From positions 1 through 64,000 of IMG/VR virus record IMGVR_UViG_3300025674_000019: 64,000 nucleotides of DNA; one strand, 5' to 3'. The notes under the pieces are model-generated. The model was not told the DNA's origin and made no database searches. It was given only the letters and a program-made list of their open reading frames with translations. This DNA comes from a virus. This document shows positions 47,401 through 54,194 of the stretch, piece by piece. Position numbers and translations under genes: made by a program. The stretch's first letter is position 1, and every line of letters starts with the position of its first letter.

Positions 47401-48291
47401 CTGGTTTGTAGCTTCTAGCGTTTTGCCTGCTAACCTAGCAGCAGTCACTACCTGCCTAGAGATGTTAAGGGACTTAAACTTATCAAGCTTAACACCCATA
47501 TTCTCTGTGAGCTGCTGCATCTGAAGGGCATCAGCCGGGGATATCCCTTCTCCTAGATCCATTATACTCTTTGTAAGAGTAGCAAGCTGCTTTACTCTGG
47601 ATGCTATAGAAGAAGCACTGCCGGTATGACCCCGCATAAGGCCCATTTCACCGGCCATGCTATGTATCTGATAGACATCCTGCTTGGTGAAGCCAGAACC
47701 TTCAGCAGTAGAGTCGAGGGCATTGACTATTCCCGCGGCGGCAGCGTTTGTCATTCTACCTGTGGTAGGGTCAATCATAGCCCCAGAGGTTATGCCCGAG
47801 TACATCTGACGAATGCCTCGAATATCCCCCATACGGTTCTCGAAGCCTCTGTAGTACTCCGCCCCTGCGTCGAGGAATTTAGCACCCGCCGTGACTGCTA
47901 GTGTAGCAGGGTTAAACATGCCTAGGCCTAAGAGCATGCTAGCGCCTGCAGTGCCTACGCCTGCCGCTAAGCTTCCGTAGTTCAGTAGTTTAGCCGTGCT
48001 CCTAGCATCTAGCTCAGACTTGTAGGCAGAGTATATACCTGCGTCCATCGTCCTAGCATCATAATACCCAGGCTGATTAGTCTGGGGATTAGTCATAAAT
48101 CTGACTGCAGCTTGCTGCGCTTGTGCAGAGAGATAGTCTGTACCTAGAGCTGGGTTGTAGATAGGCACATGCGCGGCAGGCGCTGAGATCTGCGGGGCAG
48201 CCCTGCCATTGTCCATTGGGGAGTATACGCTATTTACGTTGTAAAAGCTCTGGGCTGTAGTAGGGTATACTCCCTGTCCGGACTCATACAT
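44479..48291 (-). CDS. tail tape measure protein
   Basis: 1270 aa, Ala/Gly-rich and helical, directly downstream of the frameshifted chaperone pair. Confidence 0.7.
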   Translation of the reverse strand: MYESGQGVYPTTAQSFYNVNSVYSPMDNGRAAPQISAPAAHVPIYNPALGTDYLSAQAQQAAVRFMTNPQTNQPGYYDARTMDAGIYSAYKSELDARSTAKLLNYGSLAAGVGTAGASMLLGLGMFNPATLAVTAGAKFLDAGAEYYRGFENRMGDIRGIRQMYSGITSGAMIDPTTGRMTNAAAAGIVNALDSTAEGSGFTKQDVYQIHSMAGEMGLMRGHTGSASSIASRVKQLATLTKSIMDLGEGISPADALQMQQLTENMGVKLDKFKSLNISRQVVTAARLAGKTLEATNQTLSAAASTTAGAGLGGQLGVESALFSSVTANSQFGFLSAAQQAAVGGSAEAYTNNLTQAHASFAARNAQSLAMGSYYLDPASGQLKIDQGALQRMVELGLNPEEANKRGMRLIRGPEANKLLRDRSTRSLVQSVLSRDIGKLSREAANSMDPATRLGMMGEEIVQRALSTNNLDLNAVASELYGESGKAVLTQLQTYSQGRSRRREAFRNQQLQELDQLALRNFTSAEQIQETARAGYFESLGRLEADRAAGREDMLRREARDRFGATPGQYSSADYLGLIGGTDYSSRSLLRPNRRGGIYTRDISERGFFTDTLYNAFTSEDYRYGQMNDNLAAQRLRSVFANDFFGKGSQAFFENEGRGAIGEYLFNEGFSGDRYEYVEGLTTALYGRGSRDIGAIRLQRLAEIERMAEAGFTERTLGQARRALGTLGDTGAISKLRDNLSLDTTQEQVRRAFDETVIEGVAAGTGTFAKYTRAKFDNLNLSPEQRALVYRAERLASLHIANNPGSTSIFGPGERTLEGPSGGRDIASDATATARHFLIQAFMREDPSMTIEEATAKYNDLSPDEVKRLTEGVYAAARENEGGNLNTFLGKVGRVGLTGLALLEAGGGSEASYKALMEEGVSVTYKRALTPDEIQARAYMSAEAAAKLGKETGSVSTLSLLTGSSAEMTETNFRAKLESFGDLYTKLGSTLGQVSAQMRNFITKEGRLYVGEEDLAVRRFINTKLTSEQKKKYDALSSSEKEKLKSHLKNIITATGATREGPATKENLQYRALNDEQFAAKMNELGLTGAASKSQGMAEEMLQDNPLAGLFGDRDDATGNFLKFMRRGEISLLRSAGGQMQIDESIESTLGGSMSGLSGDVQERVRELFTRTFAGLQQGDTEKVKEASKRFREGVLNMMGSAPVPGQDSSGDTSVAAAATKINMLIQAAAGIIKALAIEDTKAARDNLEAIKSKLTTLATPSNSAAISKRG

Positions 48292-48646
48292 CAGGTATTT
48301 CCTCTAGCTTTTTAAGCATCTCTGCTGCGCTATCTGTAGATGAGCTCTGGGAGTCTCTAAACCTAGAGTTTCCGGTTACTCTTCCACTTAAATCGTAGGC
48401 GTTGGGGTTGTGTACTACCATGTTGTAGAACTCGGAGAGATTCTTAGTCACCTCGTCCACCATCTCAGGGCTCTTAGTGATCTGAGCTGCGAGGTTAAAT
48501 ATCTCTACTTGTAGCCTTTTCCACGATCTAAGGCGCTCCCGATGTACCATCTCCTCCAATACTGCTGATCTTACTGAGCCTCTGGGAGGCAAGGTGACCC
48601 CTCGGAGAAGTAGCTCTGCCCTAGCGCTACCCCAAGGGGCGCTTAA
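48284..48646 (-). CDS. tail assembly chaperone, -1 frame extension (GT-like)
   Basis: The -1 frame is open from the slippery site (FLSAPWGSARAELLLRGVTLPPRGS...) to 48284. Confidence 0.7.
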   Translation of the reverse strand, partial: LSAPWGSARAELLLRGVTLPPRGSVRSAVLEEMVHRERLRSWKRLQVEIFNLAAQITKSPEMVDEVTKNLSEFYNMVVHNPNAYDLSGRVTGNSRFRDSQSSSTDSAAEMLKKLEEIPDV

Positions 48647-48652
48647 AAATTT
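48623..48652 (-). other. programmed -1 ribosomal frameshift signal
   Basis: A AAT TTT (48652-48646) just before the TAA stop, followed by hairpin AGCGCCCC-TT-GGGG-TA-GCGCT. Confidence 0.75.
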
Positions 48653-49266
48653 TCTAGTGCTCTCGCATCGCAGGCCAGGCGGACCTTAGTGTCAAACCGG
48701 TTCATAGTCTGAGCTAGAGCAATGAACACCGGCTGAGGGAGAGATGAGATAAAGTCCCAGCGGTCCTTCCACTCCAGGTCTAGCTCTGCGCGATTGTCGT
48801 CGGATGGGTATGTATGCGGAAAAGTCTTATCCGCAAAGCTGGCTAGGCATGAAGCCAAGTTGATCCTCGATGCTAAGTGGGCGATCTCTGCGTCCGTGCG
48901 AGGTTGAATCTCACGCAGCATCTCAATTAGGCGGTCGCCGTCCACGGTAGTGCGAGTACGAATCTTAAATACTCGCCCTGCCATGCGGTAAGTCTCTTCG
49001 TAGAAACCGTTAGTCATAACGGTATCTAGGATCCTTGCTGCGTCTTTGAGGTCGAGATTATGATCCGAGCACTCCATCTTCCACATCTCTAGAGGAGTAG
49101 AGTACGTACTAGAGATAGCCTCAGCGAGTGCGTCCAGGTTCTCCTGCTCTGCCATCTCCTCAGGAGTTGGTTCTTCACTGACATCTTCTGTTGTGATAAA
49201 CTTCTCTACGTCAATGGACTTCGAGCCTAGTTTGACGCTAGCGAGGTCCGTAATCTTACCTGACAT
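48643..49266 (-). CDS. tail assembly chaperone (G-like)
   Basis: 207 aa; ends at an XXXYYYZ site upstream of the tape measure gene; AGGAG RBS. Confidence 0.7.
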   Translation of the reverse strand: MSGKITDLASVKLGSKSIDVEKFITTEDVSEEPTPEEMAEQENLDALAEAISSTYSTPLEMWKMECSDHNLDLKDAARILDTVMTNGFYEETYRMAGRVFKIRTRTTVDGDRLIEMLREIQPRTDAEIAHLASRINLASCLASFADKTFPHTYPSDDNRAELDLEWKDRWDFISSLPQPVFIALAQTMNRFDTKVRLACDARALENF

Positions 49267-49285
49267 GTATTTCTCCTAGGAGTAT

Positions 49286-49450
49286 ATGATGATCCATTCC
49301 GACATGGATGACCGAGATAAGCGCCAGAAAGATCTAGAGGATCTTCTGGAGCCAGAGCTAAACATAGAAGATGGTGTTCCTACTGTCGAGGGTAAAAAGT
49401 TAGCGGACGAAATCATAGAGCCGCTAGAAGAGGTAGAGGTAGATCTCTAA
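49286..49450 (+). CDS. small acidic protein (54 aa, absent from the ORF track)
   Basis: AGGAG RBS; ATG 49286 to TAA 49450, overlapping the next ATG. Confidence 0.55.
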   Translation: MMIHSDMDDRDKRQKDLEDLLEPELNIEDGVPTVEGKKLADEIIEPLEEVEVDL

Positions 49451-49962
49451 TGCCAGAAGTAATTAGTCCTAATACATTAATTAAGTCTTACAACCAGGGT
49501 GATAAGTTCCTTATTAACCCTAAGTTTACTGCACAAGCTTGGGAAGAAAGCTACGCTCGCCTTGGTGAGCTGCTTGCAGAAATAGACGACGGCAGAATGC
49601 TTATGGTAGTAGGCTTACCAAGTTCAGGTAAGACTACATTCATAGAGAACCACTCAGAAGAGTTGGAAGACTACGACGTTATCTTTGATGGAGGCTTTCC
49701 AAGTAAGATAGGCCGTAGCGCCGTAACTAATATAGCTAAGGGAGCGGGGTGGGAGGTAGATGCTCTTTACCTAGACACCCCGTATAACGTCTGCCGTAAT
49801 CGAAACCATAGGAACGCAAACGGTCAGCGTATACCCTTTGAAGCTTTTAAGCTAGTGGCTAGAAGCTTTAGTGAACCTAAAAGCTTTGAAGGGTTTAACT
49901 CTATTCGCAGAGTTAGCGGAACCAGCTCTAGACAGCGAGAGGTGGGCCTAGAGGCTGGCTAG
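49450..49962 (+). CDS. P-loop kinase (AAA_33/polynucleotide kinase-like)
   Basis: MVVGLPSSGKTT, IFDG, LDTPYNVCRNRN.R, P...EGF. Confidence 0.75.
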   Translation: MPEVISPNTLIKSYNQGDKFLINPKFTAQAWEESYARLGELLAEIDDGRMLMVVGLPSSGKTTFIENHSEELEDYDVIFDGGFPSKIGRSAVTNIAKGAGWEVDALYLDTPYNVCRNRNHRNANGQRIPFEAFKLVARSFSEPKSFEGFNSIRRVSGTSSRQREVGLEAG

Positions 49963-50734
49963 GAGGAGTCTCGGCAAATGCACTTGGAACCCCAGAGTCG
50001 GAAAGCTGGTCGTAGCCTATATATCCAAGACCTAGAGCTGCTAACCCGCCGAGCCCTGCTCTCTGCATCTTAACGTTTTTGAGCTGCTTAGATAAGCCTG
50101 AGCCTATGCGCTGCTCAGCAGTCAACGCGCCTTTAGCTTCTGCGAGAGCTTTCTGCTCAGCAGCTAAAGCCTCCCTAGCTGCCGCTTGCTCAGCCTGCTG
50201 TGCTTCTCGAAGTGCTTGAATATCACGTGTTAGTACCTCGGATTGTGTTCTATATGAGCGCATTTGTCTCTTTGCGGCTTGTTCTGCTTCTACAGCACGC
50301 TCTACTTTCATCATTTCCTTTGAAAGGTCTCTACTCGTATCTCTGAATCTGCCTCTGTAGTTTTCACCTATCCTTCGTGCCCTCTCAAGCTCACTTTCAA
50401 GTCCTTGGCGAGCTCTCAATTGATCGGCGGCCCCGCTCCTCATGAGATTTATTTCTGATATAAGAGCCTCCCGAGCCGCTGCTTGCTCCGCTTTGAGGGC
50501 TTTCATCTGCTCTCGTAGCATTGGTGCTTCGGACCTAGTAGTGGCTAGTTCTTGCATTTGAGTAGGAGTCAGGTTACTTGCTCTAGCTTCTGCTGCAGAG
50601 GGAATAAAGCGCCTTTTTGAGGACTCCTTAATAAGCACTTCAAGGGCAGTCTGACCGATGTCACTATCAATTGAAGCTGTCTTAAGGAAGTCTAGAGCTC
50701 CTTGTAAGTAAGAATCGTGAGCTAGCTTAGTCAT
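49928..50734 (-). CDS. putative virion protein, K-x-A/S family
   Basis: KLAH, SYLQG, KTAS, KESS; coiled coil; GLGGLAALGLGYIGY. Confidence 0.55.
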   Translation of the reverse strand: MTKLAHDSYLQGALDFLKTASIDSDIGQTALEVLIKESSKRRFIPSAAEARASNLTPTQMQELATTRSEAPMLREQMKALKAEQAAAREALISEINLMRSGAADQLRARQGLESELERARRIGENYRGRFRDTSRDLSKEMMKVERAVEAEQAAKRQMRSYRTQSEVLTRDIQALREAQQAEQAAAREALAAEQKALAEAKGALTAEQRIGSGLSKQLKNVKMQRAGLGGLAALGLGYIGYDQLSDSGVPSAFAETPPSQPLGPPLAV

Positions 50735-50792
50735 TGGTGGTACTCCTGCTGAGATGGGTGAGGCCTATTTTCAGTAATTATAGTAAAAGCTA

Positions 50793-50836
50793 ATCTAAAA
50801 AAAAAAACGCCCGAGTAGCGTAAAGCTGTAAGGGCG
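50793..50836 (-). terminator. intrinsic terminator
   Basis: On the - strand CGCCC...GGGCG, then T11-AGAT, after the stop at 50870. Confidence 0.55.
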
Positions 50837-50869
50837 CTTAATTCAAAAAACTCACTGGGAGTTTAGAGC

Positions 50870-51427
50870 TTAGCTTAGAGCTTTGTACGCCCCATAGCCG
50901 AGACCACTCAATGCTGCGGTACCTCCGAGAGCGAGAGCGAGATTCCTCTGGCGCTCTGCAGCTGCTTCTTCCTCTGCTTGAGCAGCAGCGAGAGCCTGAG
51001 CCTGAGCTGCCGCGATCTCATCGCTGTCGTCGAGAGCAGAGGAGATTCCTAGGCCTGCTGCGGTAAGAGCTCCTGCGCCAACAGCTCCCAGACCAAGGTC
51101 GCCCAATCCTTGAGCTCTGCGTTCAGCCATTCGGCCAGCTGCCCCAAGAATACCACGATTTTTCATAGCGTCACGTAGGGCAGCGGCCTCGCCGCCGGCG
51201 AACGCGGGCATAGTTAGTGACTTCATTTTTAAAGCCTCTCGAGCTGCGCCCACATCCTTACCCAAGAGCTTGGCTGCGCCCCCCTCGACTAACTTCTTAG
51301 CGCCTGCCCTAAGGCCCTGAAGAGCGACCTTCTCCAGCTCATTGTAGCTAGCTACTTTGATCTGTGGGTCAACGTTTAGCTGAGAAAGAGTTTCTGCAAC
51401 ACCCTGTAAATATGCCTGATTACTCAT
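50870..51427 (-). CDS. putative virion protein, K-x-A/S family
   Basis: AYLQG, KVAS, KVAL; two Gly/Ala hydrophobic helices. Confidence 0.55.
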   Translation of the reverse strand: MSNQAYLQGVAETLSQLNVDPQIKVASYNELEKVALQGLRAGAKKLVEGGAAKLLGKDVGAAREALKMKSLTMPAFAGGEAAALRDAMKNRGILGAAGRMAERRAQGLGDLGLGAVGAGALTAAGLGISSALDDSDEIAAAQAQALAAAQAEEEAAAERQRNLALALGGTAALSGLGYGAYKALS

Positions 51428-51537
51428 TTTCTAACCCTTTCGTAAGTTAGGTTTAAAGCTCGGTACCAAGCCTGGCCGCGTAATAAATTAATCCAGGCTG
51501 TTATAAGTATATGTCTGCTGCCACTTAGGAGTCCAGC

Positions 51538-51720
51538 ATGCTGAGAGAAATTCTCTCGTTTACTAAAACAATAGGCAAGTATTGCCTTTCTGCTCTAGAA
51601 TTTCTAGGTAGTGCTACAGGCATGGGTGCGCTAAGCTTCCTCAGCATAGTTTACAACCCCTTCATGCTAATTATTACTGTACCTGTAGGCATATACTTGT
51701 ACGTAGAGGGTGAACGTTGA
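51538..51720 (+). CDS. small membrane protein
   Basis: AGGAG RBS; two hydrophobic stretches. Confidence 0.5.
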   Translation: MLREILSFTKTIGKYCLSALEFLGSATGMGALSFLSIVYNPFMLIITVPVGIYLYVEGER

Positions 51721-51733
51721 CTGGAGATTAAAT

Positions 51734-52453
51734 ATGGAACTAAGTACAGAAGCACTAGAAGCTGCGTGCAAACTAGCATATGAACTAGGCCAGCAGCGTG
51801 CAAATAATGACTGGGACCTTCTTACGAAAGAAGCTAGCTGGAGGCAGCTGGGGTCTGAGTTCCTGGGGGGAGCTAAGGCTTTGGCTAACCGGCAGACATT
51901 CCAGTCAGGTAGGCAAGCAGCCAGAAGCGCTATGGAAAACCCAGCACTTACGGGCGCTGCTGGTGGGTTTAAAGACCTTGCTAGAACTGCCGGACAACAG
52001 ATGGCTCAGCCTTTTAAGAATGTGTACCAGACATTTAGGGGTAAAGGGTACCAAGGAGCTGTATCCCGAGGAGACGCTAATGTAGAGGCGGCGGCTAAGA
52101 GGCTTCAGGCTGCTACTACCACTGAAGCTAAGCAGATTGCCCAGAAAGAGCTGGCAGAAGCCCAGCGAGCGCTAGATACTCAACTCAAGAGCTTCGGCAG
52201 CTATGGTTTCTCTAGCCCTCAAGCGGCAAGAGCTGCAGGGTCTAGAAACTACTTTGGGGCAGGCGGAGCGCTAGAAGGCCAAGCGGGTAACGTCGCAGCT
52301 GCGGTTGGCGCTGGTGCTCTAGGTACAGCGGGAATATACGGTGCTGGGCAAATGGTCGCTGGGTCTCCGCAAAATACATACGTAACTAACGTGCAGTCTC
52401 AGCAGGCCCCGCATGAGTACTACCTGAACCAGCTAAGCGGCATGTTCTCGTAG
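51734..52453 (+). CDS. putative virion protein, K-x-A/S family
   Basis: KLAYELG, KEAS; AAAVGAGALGTAGIYGAG; start ATG 51734 (GGAG RBS). Confidence 0.55.
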   Translation: MELSTEALEAACKLAYELGQQRANNDWDLLTKEASWRQLGSEFLGGAKALANRQTFQSGRQAARSAMENPALTGAAGGFKDLARTAGQQMAQPFKNVYQTFRGKGYQGAVSRGDANVEAAAKRLQAATTTEAKQIAQKELAEAQRALDTQLKSFGSYGFSSPQAARAAGSRNYFGAGGALEGQAGNVAAAVGAGALGTAGIYGAGQMVAGSPQNTYVTNVQSQQAPHEYYLNQLSGMFS

Positions 52454-52455
52454 TG

Positions 52456-52491
52456 CGCAAAACAGAGGGTTCAGTCTGACATAAGAATATG
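52456..52491 (+). promoter_or_regulatory. putative phage promoter CGCAAAAC-N16-CATAAGAATATG
   Basis: Second exact copy of both boxes and of the spacing; followed by GGGC-ATTATA-GCCC hairpin and AAGGAG RBS. Confidence 0.7.
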
Positions 52492-52525
52492 TCGGGGCAT
52501 TATAGCCCATTATAAGGAGAATCAG

Positions 52526-52939
52526 ATGGCACGTCTGACCTACCTTAATAAAGATCTCGCCGGTATTGGCGGGTCAAACGCGCTTACGCGCGTAAACATT
52601 GAGATCCATAAGCTTGGTCTCGATGTAGAGTACCACCTCGATGCACTGCTCTCTGCCGAGCGGGACATTGAAGACGGGTACTCAGCCCTCGTTGGAGAGT
52701 GGCACTTCCACAACAAGTGGATCAAAGTGCTTAGCTCCAGGCTCATTAAGCTAAAGGCTAAGGCGAAATCTATTCGTGAAAGCCTTGAGCGAGCAATCGA
52801 GGAGGAGCCTCCTGTTCGCACGGGTAGGCTTACTCGTGAGTGGCTTCGCTATGAGAGGGGTTGTGGCTCTAAGCCCGATCAAACTCGTAGCCGAGTTGCC
52901 CGCATTCGCTCCATCGAGCGCAGGGTGGTGCGTCGATGA
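52526..52939 (+). CDS. hypothetical protein
   Basis: AAGGAG RBS; first gene after the promoter. Confidence 0.65.
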   Translation: MARLTYLNKDLAGIGGSNALTRVNIEIHKLGLDVEYHLDALLSAERDIEDGYSALVGEWHFHNKWIKVLSSRLIKLKAKAKSIRESLERAIEEEPPVRTGRLTREWLRYERGCGSKPDQTRSRVARIRSIERRVVRR

Positions 52940-53247
52940 GTGAGAGAGGGTGGGATCTCGAAACTCCCATCTTGGTCTTTCTAGTCGGGGTAGCCCTCGT
53001 TGGTCTTGGCATTGGCCTCCTCGGGATGGCTAAGGAAGACCAAGCTCCCTCGCAGCCGGCGGAGCCTCGCTTCTACGAGGTTCACTGCGAGGGTCCTGAT
53101 GGGTGGGAGAAGTTCACCGTAGACTTCAATGCTTACGGTAAGCCTCGCTCCTTTCGTCAGGGCGTGATGCGCTTTGAGACTACTCAAGGCGTTGAGGTGC
53201 ATGGCAGTAACTGTATCGCCAAGCACCCAGCGGAGTGGCGTCGATGA
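52936..53247 (+). CDS. membrane-anchored hypothetical protein
   Basis: N-terminal hydrophobic helix; ATGA coupling; two Cys in the C-terminal domain. Confidence 0.6.
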   Translation: MSERGWDLETPILVFLVGVALVGLGIGLLGMAKEDQAPSQPAEPRFYEVHCEGPDGWEKFTVDFNAYGKPRSFRQGVMRFETTQGVEVHGSNCIAKHPAEWRR

Positions 53248-53636
53248 TCGGTGTTGCGGGTGCCGGAAAGACACAGGTTGTTAAAAGCCTCCAGGGGCAG
53301 CCTGTAGATTTCTCTCCGCCTCGTCAGCCCTTCTCTCGGGTATTTGTATCAGGAATACCAATGAGCGAGGAGGACACAGTTAGGCATGAGGACAATATGT
53401 GCCTCTCTAACTTCGACGAGGCGGAGGAGGAACTCCGGAAAGCGCTTATGCTCTTGGCCGAGGCTAAGAAGCTCGCGCAGGCCGGGGATCTTCCGGGAGC
53501 GAATGAATCTCTTCATCGGGTAAAGAGCCATGCTTCTGAAGCCAAAGAGTACGCTCAAGGCTGTAGGGAGTGGGTTCAGGGTGTGCCCTTGGGTACAGCT
53601 CTGCCCGAAGATATAGTTGACTACGAGGACGCTTAG
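53235..53636 (+). CDS. hypothetical protein
   Basis: Coupled ORF with helical C-terminal part; true start uncertain. Confidence 0.5.
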   Translation: MASMIGVAGAGKTQVVKSLQGQPVDFSPPRQPFSRVFVSGIPMSEEDTVRHEDNMCLSNFDEAEEELRKALMLLAEAKKLAQAGDLPGANESLHRVKSHASEAKEYAQGCREWVQGVPLGTALPEDIVDYEDA

Positions 53637-53933
53637 ATGCAGTTCGTAGTCTCTGTCTCTTGGAGAGAAAATCTCCGTAAGCTTATATCCGTCCTTGTTA
53701 ACCTAGAAGAGGATAAGCTTGCGGAGAAAGAGGCCAAGGAGTTCGAGCTTGCTCACTTCTACCTCGAAGGCTTCTACAAGAAGCATCTGCCCTTCGCACT
53801 AGACACTATTCTAGATAAAAGTGAAGGGCAGGTACTGAAGTCCTACGTGTGGCGCGTAGAGGCTGCGAATCAAACCGCTGGGGTATGGGAAGTAGAAAAG
53901 GCTCTAGCAGCCCTTACTGGCCCCCTACCCTAG
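53637..53933 (+). CDS. hypothetical protein
   Basis: Abuts the upstream stop and ends at a terminator. Confidence 0.55.
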   Translation: MQFVVSVSWRENLRKLISVLVNLEEDKLAEKEAKEFELAHFYLEGFYKKHLPFALDTILDKSEGQVLKSYVWRVEAANQTAGVWEVEKALAALTGPLP

Positions 53934-54194
53934 CGGTTTGTCCGCTTTTTTTAGCTCTCGCTCTAAGTACCAGATGGCCTTACGTAGATCTTCTTTTTTT
54001 AGCTCAGGATTTTTGATTCCAGCTCTAAGGATATACTTAATAGCGTTTCCAAGAGAGAAGTTAAGGCCGAAGTCCTCGATGATATCGATCACTTCATACT
54101 TACCGCCCTGGTAATGGTCAGGATGGTTTACCGTCTCCTTGGATTGCTGGAAGCTCACAGGCGTCTCCGTCGCAGAACTCGTCGTCTTTTTCAT
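53925..54194 (-). CDS. DUF3310 (SaV/T7 gp1.7-like) protein
   Basis: VNHPDHYQGG.YEVIDII, GNAIKYILRAG.K, EDLRKAIWYLERE. Confidence 0.85.
   Translation of the reverse strand: MKKTTSSATETPVSFQQSKETVNHPDHYQGGKYEVIDIIEDFGLNFSLGNAIKYILRAGIKNPELKKEDLRKAIWYLERELKKADKPLG
53932..53956 (+). terminator. intrinsic terminator
   Basis: AGCGG-TTTGT-CCGCT-T6-AGCT, overlapping the 3' end of the - strand DUF3310 gene. Confidence 0.7.

Noticed and set aside
44534-47901. Several + strand ORFs of 60-184 aa opposite the tape measure gene (similar ones occur opposite the portal, nrdJ and VWA genes)
   Set aside because: Ser/Leu-rich antisense shadows of real genes, with no RBS or recognisable motifs.
53235-53300. 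GVAGAGKT Walker A-like motif at the start of the 133-aa ORF
   Set aside because: No Walker B or remaining P-loop fold follows; it may be chance or a remnant, and the true start may be downstream.
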